The notes below the pieces were generated by a model that had not been told where the DNA came from, did not search any database, and saw nothing but the letters and a program-made list of their open reading frames with translations. This document shows positions 9,261 through 25,660 of a stretch of DNA of 64,000 nt, one piece after another. The stretch is from Thalia democratica (lineage: Eukaryota): the NCBI GenBank assembly GCA_965202585.1, contig OZ241831.1, positions 14,694,001 to 14,758,000 on the forward strand, in the 5' to 3' direction. Within the stretch, counting starts at the first letter, position 1. The number at the start of each line of letters is the position of its first letter. Made by a program: the position numbers and the translations under genes.

Positions 9261-12200
9261 TTCTGCTCTAAACTTTTAACAAATATAACTTGAAATAAAC
9301 AGTTGCAGTAGTTTTTAGTTATCAAGTTGTCTCATACACAGTCTTCAATAAAGTTACAAAGCTGTTTACTTCTTTTCCTTTGCATAATGTTTCAGCTATT
9401 GGTTTTTTTACGCGTTGATGTTTTATGTTAAAAATCCATAAGCAACTAAGTTTAATAAAACAAGTCTAAGATTTGTAAAAAAAAATTCAACTTTGCTATT
9501 CATGACAGTTGTACTGAAATTGAATGCTTTTTGGTCGTTTTTTTTCTTTAGAACAATCACTGTTGTTTACATTTATTTATTTTTGAAAATACATTTTGAT
9601 AAGCATGATCAGTATAATTTTCATGAATAAACCTCTACTGTTCAAGTATTTTTTAAAATAATACGAAATTTATTAAAACTAACTGTTTTATTTTCATTCC
9701 ATAATGAAATTACTTTTTATAGTGACGTAGAACAAGTTTTAAAAATAAAGTTTAGTATTTATTAAATTAAAAAAAAAGTCTACGAAGTAAGCATAATTGA
9801 GAATTTTTTTTTGTCTAAATAAAGAAGTTAACAAGAAAAAGCCTTTGGACAACACGTTGAAGTTAGTTGAAGCTTTTTATGAAACATCAAATTACAACTA
9901 GTTAACAAAACTTATTCCACGATTTAGGCAATACTTTCAAAACATAACTAGCTCTCTTATTAAAAGTTGCTTAGAATATCCAGTAAAAGTACAAAGGCAA
10001 TAGTAAGTATGCATAACTAGGTGACAAAAGAAAAGACAGAAAAAATATTATTTAGAAGTAAAATGTGTCATTCAACTAGCTCTAACTCTTACTTTTGATC
10101 TTTTACCACCACAAAGTTGGTTGAGTTGCACATTTTTGTTGTTTAGTTAAAGCTTGTTTAACACTGCTTAGTAGACTTTAAAGCTGGTTAAATAAGCTGG
10201 TTGTCCTGATTACATTAGATTAACTTGATAAAGCTATAAGCAATGCTAGATCAACTAAAAGATGTAAGCTTTTTAAAGTTATAGATTCGAAATGTTCTTT
10301 TTCGTTCATGTTGTGATGCATATATGTTGTTTTTTGTTTATGTATTTATGAGTTGTAATGCATGTTTTAAATGTGTTTTAGTTAAAGTTATTTTCTGAAA
10401 CGATACAACATAAATTAGACCCAAAGCTAAACTAATTTTCAACTTGATAAATCTGTGAACAATTTGAGTTCAAAAAAAAGCTTTGTAAAAAGAATTCGGT
10501 TGTAATACATGATGGTTGTTGTACTGAAATTGCAGTTTTGTTGATTTTTTTATTTTGGTTTGAACAGCTTCTGTTGTTAATTGTATTTTAAACTGTTTTA
10601 CTTAGTTTGAGTTGCATTGTAATAAAAAGAAATAATAAATTTTAGAAACTACTGGTTTATTAGATTGTAATTGTTAATATCCAAAGTTAAGTTTGTTTTA
10701 TTATAATTTAATGTATTATTTTCATTTAAAATCTAATACTTTTTACAGTGACGTAGAACAGTATTTTTTAAATAAACTAAATACTTTTTCAATTTTACAA
10801 AAAGAAGTATACAAAATAAGTATAACGGGAATAAGTTTTGTTTAAAGAAAGAAGTTTACAAGAAAATCTTATGGACACAAAAATCAAGTTAGTTGAAGCT
10901 TTCTGCGAAACGTATATTTATTTGTAATGTAACAGACTTAAGCAATGGTTTTTAAATACAACTAGCTCCCTCCTCAAAAGTAGTTTAAAATGTCATGTAA
11001 GAGAACAAAAAGAATTGTAAATACAAGTATGTGACAAAAAGTTAAAACACAAAAGTATAAGTTAGAAGTAAACTGTTTTATACAAACATTCTAACTCACC
11101 TTTTACCAGCACAAAAAACATTAAGTTTGGTTCGTTTTTGTCGTCTAGTTAGAGCTTGTTTAATGCTGCTTAGTGGACATTGATATCTGGTTGAATCAGT
11201 TGGTGGTCCTTATCACTTTAGACTTATAACAGAAATGACTATAGACTGTAAAAGTCGTTTTAAGTCATCAAGTTGTCTCACATATAGTTGTAACAAGTAA
11301 TACAAATGAGTGGTGACAAGCTGTTACTTCTTTTCCTTTCAGCTTAAAAATTGAGTTCTTTCATGTATTCGACTAGTTAAGCAATCAAAAACAAACTAAA
11401 TAGATGTCAGCTTTGTAAAATAAAAGTTTTAATGATAAGCTTTCATCAACTATTTCAGCTATTTTTGTTTTGGTAAATCGCGTACTTGTTTATAGTGTTG
11501 TTTTTCTTTGAACAATCGATGTTGTTTACATTTATGTATTTTAATGTATGATTTTTAAATTACTATGCATGTTTTTAATCGTGTTTTAGTTGTAATTAAA
11601 CTATATTTTTTGTGAAACAAATATTGTTTGTTGTTAACAATTGAAAACATACTTTGTTGATAAACCAAAGTAAGTTTTATTCTTATTACTATTTAAGTGT
11701 ACTATTTTCATTGAAAAATATAAATAGTTTTTAAAGTGACGTAGCGTAACTTTTTTTAATAAGTTAAAAAACAAATAATTATTGAATGTTTAAGAAAAGT
11801 GCACAAAGTAAGAACGAATAAGATAGAGTTCTTAGAAAAAAAAGATATCAAGAAGAAAAAGACATCCAAGTTAGTTAATTATGTTAAGCATTCAATTACA
11901 GTAGTTGTTACATCAAGTTGTCTAACACCTAGTCTAAACAAGTAACTTTACCATGAAAATAATAAAACAAGCATTTTTTAACCGTGTTTAAGCTAATGAG
12001 TTGGTTTGTATCATAGGGTGATGTTTTGGCTTGAAATGATATCTTAAATAAGCTAAATAGATGTCAGCCTTGTAGGTGGGAATACTTAAATGTGTTTGAA
12101 ATTCACATTTGTTATCTTTTGTTCTGAACTTTTATTTCTATTTATATACTTATAACTTTTTAAAGCATTTTACATGGTTTTAACTGCATTTAAGTTGATA

Positions 12201-12642
12201 AAAAGAAGACGTTTAAAAGTTAAACCTTTGTTGTGTTGCTGATAATCAACAACAACAACTTAAAAATGTAACAAAAACTAAGGTTTTTTTTGTTATAAGT
12301 TAAGTATACGTTACTGTATTATTTTTTTTAAACACTTATTTACTGAATGTTTTAACAGAAATTCAACAAATGAACAAGAAGTTGTATAGAAAAAAAAAGT
12401 TCACGGACAACGTATTGAAGTTAGTTAAATCCTTTTTTACATATACTACTGTTTTTTCAAATTAGACTTGAGCAATGGTAACCATAAGATTAAAACTTGA
12501 AAGTACGACAAATTTTAAATCAAACAACTAAAGTGTTTGATCTTTTAATTCTTATAACAACCAGTTTGTTTGTACAATTATCAATTTGTGGCTTGTACTT
12601 TAAGTAGATATCAATAGCCGGTTTTGTTCAAATGGTGGTCCT
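9261..12642. repeat. Degenerate ~1-kb module array, spacer 2
   Basis: Same markers as 940-4312; left boundary approximate. Confidence 0.78.
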
Positions 12643-12665
12643 AAAAAGGACCGGTTGTTGAGCAT

Positions 12666-13025
12666 TTATTTTGAGCTGGTGTACTTGGTAACAGCTTTAG
12701 TTCCCTCTGAAACTGCGTGCTTTGACAACTCGCCGGGGAGCAAGAGCCTGACAGCAGTTTGAATTTCGCGGCTGCTCACAGTTGACCTCTTGTTGTAATG
12801 AGCCAAACGTGAAGCCTCTGCTGCAATGCGCTCGAAGATGTCGTTGACAAATGAGTTCATGATTCCCATCGCCTTGCTGGAAATTCCGGTGTCGGGGTGC
12901 ACTTGCTTCAAAACTTTGTACACGTAGATGCCAAAGCTTTCTTTGTGCCTCCTCCTTCGCTTCTTCTTGCCGTCGACCGGGGTGGTCTTGGCTACTGACT
13001 TCTTCGCGCCTTTGGTTGCGGTCAT
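12666..13025 (-). CDS. H2B: Histone H2B, set 2
   Basis: Same protein as set 1. Confidence 0.99.
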   Translation of the reverse strand: MTATKGAKKSVAKTTPVDGKKKRRRRHKESFGIYVYKVLKQVHPDTGISSKAMGIMNSFVNDIFERIAAEASRLAHYNKRSTVSSREIQTAVRLLLPGELSKHAVSEGTKAVTKYTSSK

Positions 13026-13184
13026 GACGATGTGTGAACTTCAGTCTCGGCGCCAGCTTATATACTGAAAGTTTATGCAAATTAGCATTTCCGTACGCGA
13101 ACGACAGCCTCTCTCATTTTATGATTCTCTCGTTTGTCGTAAATATTTTTAGGTGGTCCTGAAAAGGACCTGGTTTGTTTTAAC

Positions 13185-13565
13185 TTAGGCTGATTTTTTT
13201 GAAGCGGTCTTCTTGGGCAATAATACTGCCTGGATGTTTGGAAGAACACCTCCTTGAGCAATAGTGACGCCGCCGAGAAGTTTGTTCAACTCTTCGTCGT
13301 TGCGGATAGCTAGTTGCAAATGGCGGGGAATGATCCTGCTTTTCTTGTTGTCACGAGCAGCGTTACCGGCAAGCTCGAGCACTTCTGCGCTCAAATACTC
13401 GAGAACGGCAGCCAGATAAACTGGAGCACCAGCTCCGACTCTTTGGCTGTAGTTGCCAGTGCGCAACAGGCGGTGCACGCGACCGACTGGAAACTGCAGT
13501 CCTGCACGAGAAGACCTGCTCTTCGGCTTAGATTTGAGTTTTGATCCTTTACCACGTCCCGACAT
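13185..13565 (-). CDS. H2A: Histone H2A, set 2
   Basis: MSGRGK...KKSA, 126 aa. Confidence 0.99.
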   Translation of the reverse strand: MSGRGKGSKLKSKPKSRSSRAGLQFPVGRVHRLLRTGNYSQRVGAGAPVYLAAVLEYLSAEVLELAGNAARDNKKSRIIPRHLQLAIRNDEELNKLLGGVTIAQGGVLPNIQAVLLPKKTASKKSA

Positions 13566-13759
13566 CTTGTTGTTCGAATGATTGTGCCAAGATGCTCGCA
13601 CAGCTCTGTATAAAACTCAAACCTAACCGCGTCGAACGAACAACTAATTTGCATATGTCGTAGCTGCTCTTTAATCTTGTCAAAATGTTTGTTCATCAGT
13701 GTTGAAGAAATTTGATTTTGAAATGGGTGGTCCTAAAAAGGACCGAGTTTGCTAAATGT

Positions 13760-14104
<345 letters not shown>

Positions 14105-14260
14105 TTATTTATAAGCTGTTACGGACGCGTACGGTTACTACTAAACTAATTTGCATACTCAGAAAAGTCTCTAACTTACATTCTTTCGTTTGGTTTATTT
14201 TTTCTCACTATCAAACAAAGTTTAAAAGTGGCCCTGAAAAGGACCGGTTTTAGCTAATGC

Positions 14261-14797
<537 letters not shown>

Positions 14798-14858
14798 TCA
14801 TTTTTTGTTAATATTTTGATTGAGTGGTCCTGAAAAGGACCTTGGGTAAAAGAACAAC

Positions 14859-15443
14859 TTATTTTTTACAGCTCTTCTTGGTACTTGCCTTCTTAGATGC
14901 TTTTTTGGCTACCGGCTTCTTCTTGGTTACTTTCTTCTTCTTGCTTGCAGCTTTTTTAGATGCTGCTTTCTTAGGAGCACACTTTTTAGCAGGTCGCTTT
15001 TTGGCTGCTGGTTTTTTCGCTGCCTTCTTGGGAGCACACTTCTTTACTCGTTTCTTTGCTGCGGCCTTCTTTACTGCTGGCTTTTTAGCTACTTTTTTTG
15101 TCCTCTTCTTGGGACCAGCAGCTGGCATTGGAGCAAGCTTGAACGAGCCGGAAGCGCCTTTTCCAGTAGTCTGGAGAAAAGAACCTTTGGCCACGCCGCT
15201 GGTAAGTGCTCTCTTCAAGTGAGAATTAGAAGCTGAGAGGTCAAGCTTGTAGGTGTCCGTGATATATTTTTGTATCTTCTGGCGGGATGTACCTTTTCGT
15301 TCCTTCATTGCTCCCAGGGCAGAGCTAATCATCTCCTTGTAAGTCGGGTGTTCTGCCTTCTTGGCGCTTGGTCTCTTGGAAGACCTGGCCTTGGCTGCGG
15401 CCGCCGCTGCTACTGCTGGTGCTGCTACTGCTGTGGTAGACAT
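14859..15443 (-). CDS. H1: Histone H1, set 2
   Basis: 194 aa, same protein as set 1. Confidence 0.97.
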   Translation of the reverse strand: MSTTAVAAPAVAAAAAAKARSSKRPSAKKAEHPTYKEMISSALGAMKERKGTSRQKIQKYITDTYKLDLSASNSHLKRALTSGVAKGSFLQTTGKGASGSFKLAPMPAAGPKKRTKKVAKKPAVKKAAAKKRVKKCAPKKAAKKPAAKKRPAKKCAPKKAASKKAASKKKKVTKKKPVAKKASKKASTKKSCKK

Positions 15444-17144
15444 TTTGTATGTATTTTAAAGCAACCGAAACAATACTTTCAGTAGTTACTGACTGTGACG
15501 AATTGACTGTTGAGCAGTTTTACTTTGTGAAGTACCTTTTACTGATTAATACGAGCATTAGCATGTGAGTTTAAAGCGCATATGCTCATAAAAGCATAGT
15601 TATTTTTTTACGAACGTCAAAAACATTCCAGTGACAAAGAAACCAGACTTAGCCTGGTCGGAAACAGAGTTTTTTTTAAAGCTTAGCTTTAAAGGTCCAG
15701 AAAAACAGTCTAAAAGTTACAGCACACCTCTGCATTTAATGATATAAACCTCAAATGAAACAAAATATATTACTACACATCCGGTTTAGTTTTCTTCAGC
15801 TGCAAACTTAAAACTGTAAGATTTTAGACAAGCACAAGTATTTTTTTCCACTTCAAGCTTAAGTTAAGTTTTATTATTTTAATTTCATTCGGTTTTGTCA
15901 GTTGTAAAACCCATGAAGTATGTTTAACTTGATTACAACTTTAACTGTGCTGGTTAGTAAAAAGTAATTCATAAACAAACACAAATATTTAATTTATGAT
16001 ACTTTACAAGTTATCATTACTTTAAGTATACTTATATTCAAAATGGCAGTACTAAACCACATAAAAAAACTTAAGTAGATAAGTTTTGAATTTGTTCTTC
16101 CACATACTAGTAACTTACCTTTTCAAAAATGTTCTGAACAGTAGCCATACAAAACTTGTTAAAAAGCTAGAAACTAATGTTTAACAAAGTTTGTTATATA
16201 AAACAGTCCCAACTAGTTACTAGTATTTCACAGTTAGAAAAATTTGAAACAACTTTTTAAAACTATTACACAGTTGTTTTGATTTTTTAACAACGTTTTA
16301 TTTGTTATACTCGAAGCTGAACTAAGAACTTTTTCTTTGTAGAATTCATGAAAAGAAAGCGAAAAAATGGATTTGATCGTAACTTTCCAAAACAAGACAA
16401 AATAACTTACACTTAAATGAATATCAGTACTGTTCACTTATGTTCAAAGAAAAGGACCGAAATTTCAATATGAAGTTTAAAAGAGTTGCTTATTTTGAGA
16501 CGAAAACTTTACTTAAAAAAAGAGGTTAGGCTAATTTTAAAAGTAACAAAAGTACAGTTCAAAAATGACTGCATAATGATAGAAGTGTTTATGTTTACTA
16601 AGTGAAGATTTGTTTAAATAAACTTTAATTGATTTACTGCTTAAAGAAGTTTCTAAGTGTAATAAAAACTAGATTCATTACAATGTTCTGCACAATTTAG
16701 ACAGTTGACTAAATGTTTTGCTGTGGTATATTTCAAAAAAGGTTGTTAAATCAACTCTAACTTGATATAAATGTAAATTCAAAATGTATTCTTTATTCTC
16801 AGGTGTTTTGAGCACTTCTGTTGTAACAACAGCATTTAAATTTCTAACATGTTAACAATTAGCTAATGTGTTTGTTTGATTTTTGTGTCTTTTCCTTTTA
16901 AAACAGGGTATTTACTTATTTGAAAACTGTACGTTGCTTTTGCACTCGTACTATCATAGCTGAACAGTTTTACGAAGCTTACTTTGAAGCAAAAAAAAAA
17001 AAAAGAATAAGTAAAGGCAAGAAAAACTTAAATTGTTTGTTAGTTAGAACAAAGTGAGCTCTAAACATAAGAAACACTTAAGCAAATAAGCTACAAGTTT
17101 CAGACAGTTCATTGGTTTATAACAACTTTTTATCGTTTTCGAAC

Positions 17145-17268
17145 GCCTACGACCATACCACACTGAACACACCCCATCTCGTCCGATCTGGGAAGTTAAA
17201 AAAGTGTCGGGCTTAAAGGTTAGTACTTAGATGGGTGACCGCTTGGGAATACCGCGTGCCGTAGGCTT
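17145..17268 (+). rRNA. 5S: 5S rRNA variant, copy 3
   Basis: Same sequence as copy 1. Confidence 0.88.
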
Positions 17269-17460
17269 TTATTTTCAAGCACTTATTTGTTGGATTTATT
17301 CTTCATACTTATTATGAAAGTTTCTAGTTTATCTTAAACATTTTTCAACAATAAATGACACACTAACTAGACTGTCATTTAGTTGTAGACTTATTTTGTC
17401 TGTTGCTTTCATTTTGCTATTTATATAAAAGCCATAACTATATTTTTTATAAGCGTTTCG

Positions 17461-20400
17461 TTCTGCTCTAAACTTTTAACAAATATAACTTGAAATAAAC
17501 AGTTGCAGTAGTTTTTAGTTATCAAGTTGTCTCATACACAGTCTTCAATAAAGTTACAAAGCTGTTTACTTCTTTTCCTTTGCATAATGTTTCAGCTATT
17601 GGTTTTTTTACGCGTTGATGTTTTATGTTAAAAATCCATAAGCAACTAAGTTTAATAAAACAAGTCTAAGATTTGTAAAAAAAAATTCAACTTTGCTATT
17701 CATGACAGTTGTACTGAAATTGAATGCTTTTTGGTCGTTTTTTTTCTTTAGAACAATCACTGTTGTTTACATTTATTTATTTTTGAAAATACATTTTGAT
17801 AAGCATGATCAGTATAATTTTCATGAATAAACCTCTACTGTTCAAGTATTTTTTAAAATAATACGAAATTTATTAAAACTAACTGTTTTATTTTCATTCC
17901 ATAATGAAATTACTTTTTATAGTGACGTAGAACAAGTTTTAAAAATAAAGTTTAGTATTTATTAAATTAAAAAAAAAGTCTACGAAGTAAGCATAATTGA
18001 GAATTTTTTTTTGTCTAAATAAAGAAGTTAACAAGAAAAAGCCTTTGGACAACACGTTTAAGTTAGTTGAAGCTTTTTATGAAACATCAAATTACAACTA
18101 GTTAACAAAACTTATTCCACGATTTAGGCAATACTTTCAAAACATAACTAGCTCTCTTATTAAAAGTTGCTTAGAATGTCCAGTAAAAGTACAAAGGCAA
18201 TAGTAAGTATGCATAACTAGGTGACAAAAGAAAAGACAGAAAAAATATTATTTAGAAGTAAAATGTGTCATTCAACTAGCTCTAACTCTTACTTTTGATC
18301 TTTTACCACCACAAAGTTGGTTGAGTTGCACATTTTTGTTGTTTAGTTAAAGCTTGTTTAACACTGCTTAGTAGACTTTAAAGCTGGTTAAATAAACTGG
18401 TTGTCCTGATTACATTAGATTAACTTGATAAAGCTATAAGCAATGCTAGATCAACTAAAAGATGTAAGCTTTTTAAAGTTATAGATTCGAAATGTTCTTT
18501 TTCGTTCATGTTGTGATGCATATATGTTGTTTTTTGTTTATGTATTTATGAGTTGTAATGCATGTTTTAAATGTGTTTTAGTTAAAGTTATTTTCTGAAA
18601 CGATACAACATAAATTAGACCCAAAGCTAAACTAATTTTCAACTTGATAAATCTGTGAACAATTTGAGTTCAATAAAAAGCTTTGTAAAAAGAATTCGGT
18701 TGTAATACATGATGGTTGTTGTACTGAAATTGCAGTTTTGTTGATTTTTTTATTTTGGTTTGAACAGCTTCTGTTGTTAATTGTATTTTAAACTGTTTTA
18801 CTTAGTTTGAGTTGCATTGTAATAAAAAGAAATAATAAATTTTAGAAACTACTGGTTTATTAGATTGTAATTGTTAATATCCAAAGTTAAGTTTGTTTTA
18901 TTATAATTTAATGTATTATTTTCATTTAAAATCTAATAATTTTTACAGTGACGTAGAACAGCATTTTTTAAATAAACTAAATACTTTTTCAATTTTACAA
19001 AAAGAAGTATACAAAATAAGCATAACGGGAATAAGTTTTGTTTAAAGAAAGAAGTTTACAAGAAAATCTTATGGACACAAAAATCAAGTTAGTTGAAGCT
19101 TTCTGCGAAACGTTTATTTATTTGTAATGTAACAGACTTAAGCAATGGTTTTTAAATGCAACTAGCTCCCTCCTCAAAAGTAGTTTAAAATGTCATGTAA
19201 GAGAACAAAAACAATTGTAAATTCAAGTATGTGACAAAAAGTTAAAACACAAAAGTATAAGTTAGAAGTAAACTGTTTTATACAAACATTCTAACTCACC
19301 TTTTACCAGCACAAAAAACATTAAGTTTGGTTCGTTTTTGTCGTCTAGTTAGAGCTTGTTTAATGCTGCTTAGTGGACATTGATATCTGGCTGAATCAGT
19401 TGGTGGTCCTTATCACTTTAGACTTATAACAGAAATGACTATAGACTGTAAAAGTCGTTTTAAGTCATCAAGTTGTCTCACATATAGTTGTAACAAGTAA
19501 TACAAATGAGTGGTGACAAGCTGTTACTTCTTTTCCTTTCAGCTTAAAAATTGAGTTCTTTCATGTATTCGACTAGTTAAGCAATCAAAAACAAACTAAA
19601 TAGATGTCAGCTTTGTAAAATAAAAGTTTTAATGATAAGCTTTCATCAACTATTTCAGCTATTTTTGTTTTGGTAAATCGCGTACTTGTTTATAGTGTTG
19701 TTTTTCTTTGAACAATCGATGTTGTTTACATTTATGTATTTTAATGTATGATTTTTAAATTACTATGCATGTTTTTAATCGTGTTTTAGTTGTAATTAAA
19801 CTATATTTTTTGTGAAACAAATATTGTTTGTTGTTAACAATTGAAAACATACTTTGTTGATAAACCAAAGTAAGTTTTATTCTTATTACTATTTAAGTGT
19901 ACTATTTTCATTGAAAAATATAAATAGTTTTTAAAGTGACGTAGCGTAACTTTTTTTAATAAGTTAAAAAACAAATAATTATTGAATGTTTAAGAAAAGT
20001 GCACAAAGTAAGAACGAATAAGATAGAGTTCTTAGAAAAAAAAGATATCAAGAAGAAAAAGACATCCAAGTTAGTTAATTATGTTAAGCATTCAATTACA
20101 GTAGTTGTTACATCAAGTTGTCTAACACCTAGTCTAAACAAGTAACTTTACCATGAAAATAATAAAACAAGCATTTTTTAACCGTGTTTAAGCTAATGAG
20201 TTGGTTTGTATCATAGGGTGATGTTTTGGCTTGAAATGATATCTTAAATAAGCTAAATAGATGTCAGCCTTGTAGGTGGGAATACTTAAATGTGTTTGAA
20301 ATTCACATTTGTTATCTTTTGTTCTGAACTTTTATTTCTATTTATATACTTATAACTTTTTAAAGCATTTTACATGGTTTTAACTGCATTTAAGTTGATA

Positions 20401-20842
20401 AAAAGAAGACGTTTAAAAGTTAAACCTTTGTTGTGTTGCTGATAATCAACAACAACAACTTAAAAATGTAACAAAAACTAAGGTTTTTTTTGTTATAAGT
20501 TAAGTATACGTTACTGTATTATTTTTTTTAAACACTTATTTACTGAATGTTTTAACAGAAATTCAACAAATGAACAAGAAGTTGTATAGAAAAAAAAAGT
20601 TCACGGACAACGTATTGAAGTTAGTTAAATCCTTTTTTACATATACTACTGTTTTTTCAAATTAGACTTGAGCAATGGTAACCATAAGATTAAAACTTGA
20701 AAGCACGACAAATTTTAAATCAAACAACTAAGGTGTTTGATCTTTTAATTCTTATAACAACCAGTTTGTTTGTACAATTATCAATTTGTGGCTTGTACTT
20801 GAAGTAGATATCAATAGCCGGTTTTGTTCAAATGGTGGTCCT
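17461..20842. repeat. Degenerate ~1-kb module array, spacer 3
   Basis: Same markers as spacer 1; left boundary approximate. Confidence 0.78.
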
Positions 20843-20865
20843 AAAAAGGACCGGTTGTTGAGCAT

Positions 20866-21225
20866 TTATTTTGAGCTGGTGTACTTGGTAACAGCTTTAG
20901 TTCCCTCTGAAACTGCGTGCTTTGACAACTCGCCGGGGAGCAAGAGCCTGACAGCAGTTTGAATTTCTCGGCTGCTCACAGTTGACCTCTTGTTGTAATG
21001 AGCCAAACGTGAAGCCTCTGCTGCAATGCGCTCGAAGATGTCGTTGACAAATGAGTTCATGATTCCCATCGCCTTGCTGGAAATTCCGGTGTCGGGGTGC
21101 ACTTGCTTCAAAACTTTGTACACGTAGATGCCAAAGCTTTCTTTGTGCCTCCTCCTTCGCTTCTTCTTGCCGTCGACCGGGGTGGTCTTGGCTACTGACT
21201 TCTTCGCGCCTTTGGTTGCGGTCAT
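20866..21225 (-). CDS. H2B: Histone H2B, set 3
   Basis: 119 aa, intact. Confidence 0.99.
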   Translation of the reverse strand: MTATKGAKKSVAKTTPVDGKKKRRRRHKESFGIYVYKVLKQVHPDTGISSKAMGIMNSFVNDIFERIAAEASRLAHYNKRSTVSSREIQTAVRLLLPGELSKHAVSEGTKAVTKYTSSK

Positions 21226-21384
21226 GACGATGTGTGAACTTCAGTCTCGGCGCCAGCTTATATACTGAAAGTTTATGCAAATTAGCATTTCCGTACGCGA
21301 ACGACAGCCTCTCTCATTTTATGATTCTCTCGTTTGTCGTAAATATTTTTAGGTGGTCCTGAAAAGGACCTGGTTTGTTTTAAC

Positions 21385-21765
21385 TTAGGCTGATTTTTTT
21401 GAAGCGGTCTTCTTGGGCAATAATACTGCCTGGATGTTTGGAAGAACACCTCCTTGAGCAATAGTGACGCCGCCGAGAAGTTTGTTCAACTCTTCGTCGT
21501 TGCGGATAGCTAGTTGCAAATGGCGGGGAATGATCCTGCTTTTCTTGTTGTCACGAGCAGCGTTACCGGCAAGCTCGAGCACTTCTGCGCTCAAATACTC
21601 GAGAACGGCAGCCAGATAAACTGGAGCACCAGCTCCGACTCTTTGGCTGTAGTTGCCAGTGCGCAACAGGCGGTGCACGCGACCGACTGGAAACTGCAGT
21701 CCTGCACGAGAAGACCTGCTCTTCGGCTTAGATTTGAGTTTTGATCCTTTACCACGTCCCGACAT
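21385..21765 (-). CDS. H2A: Histone H2A, set 3
   Basis: 126 aa, intact. Confidence 0.99.
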   Translation of the reverse strand: MSGRGKGSKLKSKPKSRSSRAGLQFPVGRVHRLLRTGNYSQRVGAGAPVYLAAVLEYLSAEVLELAGNAARDNKKSRIIPRHLQLAIRNDEELNKLLGGVTIAQGGVLPNIQAVLLPKKTASKKSA

Positions 21766-21959
21766 CTTGTTGTTCGAATGATTGTGCCAAGATGCTCGCA
21801 CAGCTCTGTATAAAACTCAAACCTAACCGCGTCGAACGAACAACTAATTTGCATATGTCGTAGCTGCTCTTTAATCTTGTCAAAATGTTTGTTCATCAGT
21901 GTTGAAGAAATTTGATTTTGAAATGGGTGGTCCTAAAAAGGACCGAGTTTGCTAAATGT

Positions 21960-22304
<345 letters not shown>

Positions 22305-22460
22305 TTATTTATAAGCTGTTACGGACGCGTACGGTTACTACTAAACTAATTTGCATACTCAGAAAAGTCTCTAACTTACATTCTTTCGTTTGGTTTATTT
22401 TTTCTCACTATCAAACAAAGTTTAAAAGTGGCCCTGAAAAGGACCGGTTTTAGCTAATGC

Positions 22461-22997
<537 letters not shown>

Positions 22998-23058
22998 TCA
23001 TGTTTTGTTAATATTTTGATTGAGTGGTCCTGAAAAGGACCTTGGGTAAAAGAACAAC

Positions 23059-23643
23059 TTATTTTTTACAGCTCTTCTTGGTACTTGCCTTCTTAGATGC
23101 TTTTTTGGCTACCGGCTTCTTCTTGGTTACTTTCTTCTTCTTGCTTGCAGCTTTTTTAGATGCTGCTTTCTTAGGAGCACACTTTTTAGCAGGTCGCTTT
23201 TTGGCTGCTGGTTTTTTCGCTGCCTTCTTGGGAGCACACTTCTTTACTCGTTTCTTTGCTGCGGCCTTCTTTACTGCTGGCTTTTTAGCTACTTTTTTTG
23301 TCCTCTTCTTGGGACCAGCAGCTGGCATTGGAGCAAGCTTGAACGAGCCGGAAGCGCCTTTTCCAGTAGTCTGGAGAAAAGAACCTTTGGCCACGCCGCT
23401 GGTAAGTGCTCTCTTCAAGTGAGAATTAGAAGCTGAGAGGTCAAGCTTGTAGGTGTCCGTGATATATTTTTGTATCTTCTGGCGGGATGTACCTTTTCGT
23501 TCCTTCATTGCTCCCAGGGCAGAGCTAATCATCTCCTTGTAAGTCGGGTGTTCTGCCTTCTTGGCGCTTGGTCTCTTGGAAGACCTGGCCTTGGCTGCGG
23601 CCGCCGCTGCTAATGCTGGTGCTGCTACTGCTGTGGTAGACAT
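23059..23643 (-). CDS. H1: Histone H1, set 3 (private V11L)
   Basis: 194 aa, APALAAA instead of APAVAAA. Confidence 0.97.
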   Translation of the reverse strand: MSTTAVAAPALAAAAAAKARSSKRPSAKKAEHPTYKEMISSALGAMKERKGTSRQKIQKYITDTYKLDLSASNSHLKRALTSGVAKGSFLQTTGKGASGSFKLAPMPAAGPKKRTKKVAKKPAVKKAAAKKRVKKCAPKKAAKKPAAKKRPAKKCAPKKAASKKAASKKKKVTKKKPVAKKASKKASTKKSCKK

Positions 23644-25344
23644 TTTGTATGTATTTTAAAGCAACCGAAACAATACTTTCAGTAGTTACTGACTGTGACG
23701 AATTGACTGTTGAGCAGTTTTACTTTGTGAAGTACCTTTTACTGATTAATACGAGCATTAGCATGTGAGTTTAAAGCGCATATGCTCATAAAAGCATAGT
23801 TATTTTTTTACGAACGTCAAAAACATTCCAGTGACAAAGAAACCAGACTTAGCCTGGTCGGAAACAGAGTTTTTTTTAAAGCTTAGCTTTAAAGGTCCAG
23901 AAAAACAGTCTAAAAGTTACAGCACACCTCTGCATTTAATGATATAAACCTCAAATGAAACAAAATATATTACTACACATCCGGTTTAGTTTTCTTCAGC
24001 TGCAAACTTAAAACTGTAAGATTTTAGACAAGCACAAGTATTTTTTTCCACTTCAAGCTTAAGTTAAGTTTTATTATTTTAATTTCATTCGGTTTTGTCA
24101 ATTGTAAAACCCATGAAGTATGTTTAACTTGATTACAACTTTAACTGTGCTGGTTAGTAAAAAGTAATTCATAAACAAACACAAATATTTAATTTATGAT
24201 ACTTTACAAGTTATCATTACTTTAAGTATACTTATATTCAAAATGGCAGTACTAAACCACATAAAAAAACTTAAGTAGATAAGTTTTGAATTTGTTCTTC
24301 CACATACTAGTAACTTACCTTTTCAAAAATGTTCTGAACAGTAGCCATACAAAACTTGTTAAAAAGCTAGAAACTAATGTTTAACAAAGTTTGTTATATA
24401 AAACAGTCCCAACTAGTTACTAGTATTTCACAGTTAGAAAAATTTGAAACAACTTTTTAAAACTATTACACAGTTGTTTTGATTTTTTAACAACGTTTTA
24501 TTTGTTATACTCGAAGCTGAACTAAGAACTTTTTCTTTGTAGAATTCATGAAAAGAAAGCGAAAAAATGGATTTGATCGTAACTTTCCAAAACAAGACAA
24601 AATAACTTACACTTAAATGAATATCAGTACTGTTCACTTATGTTCAAAGAAAAGGACCGAAATTTCAATATGAAGTTTAAAAGAGTTGCTTATTTTGAGA
24701 CGAAAACTTTACTTAAAAAAAGAGGTTAGGCTAATTTTAAAAGTAACAAAAGTACAGTTCAAAAATGACTGCATAATGATAGAAGTGTTTATGTTTACTA
24801 AGTGAAGATTTGTTTAAATAAACTTTAATTGATTTACTGCTTAAAGAAGTTTCTAAGTGTAATAAAAACTAGATTCATTACAATGTTCTGCACAATTTAG
24901 ACAGTTGACTAAATGTTTTGCTGTGGTATATTTCAAAAAAGGTTGTTAAATCAACTCTAACTTGATATAAATGTAAATTCAAAATGTATTCTTTATTCTC
25001 AGGTGTTTTGAGCACTTCTGTTGTAACAACAGCATTTAAATTTCTAACATGTTAACAATTAGCTAATGTGTTTGTTTGATTTTTGTGTCTTTTCCTTTTA
25101 AAACAGGGTATTTACTTATTTGAAAACTGTACGTTGCTTTTGCACTCGTACTATCATAGCTGAACAGTTTTACGAAGCTTACTTTGAAGCAAAAAAAAAA
25201 AAAAGAATAAGTAAAGGCAAGAAAAACTTAAATTGTTTGTTAGTTAGAACAAAGTGAGCTCTAAACATAAGAAACACTTAAGCAAATAAGCTACAAGTTT
25301 CAGACAGTTCATTGGTTTATAACAACTTTTTATCGTTTTCGAAC

Positions 25345-25468
25345 GCCTACGACCATACCACACTGAACACACCCCATCTCGTCCGATCTGGGAAGTTAAA
25401 AAAGTGTCGGGCTTAAAGGTTAGTACTTAGATGGGTGACCGCTTGGGAATACCGCGTGCCGTAGGCTT
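25345..25468 (+). rRNA. 5S: 5S rRNA variant, copy 4
   Basis: Same sequence as copy 1. Confidence 0.88.
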
Positions 25469-25660
25469 TTATTTTCAAGCACTTATTTGTTGGATTTATT
25501 CTTCATACTTATTATGAAAGTTTCTAGTTTATCTTAAACATTTTTCAACAATAAATGACACACTAACTAGACTGTCATTTAGTTGTAGACTTATTTTGTC
25601 TGTTGCTTTCATTTTGCTATTTATATAAAAGCCATAACTATATTTTTTATAAGCGTTTCG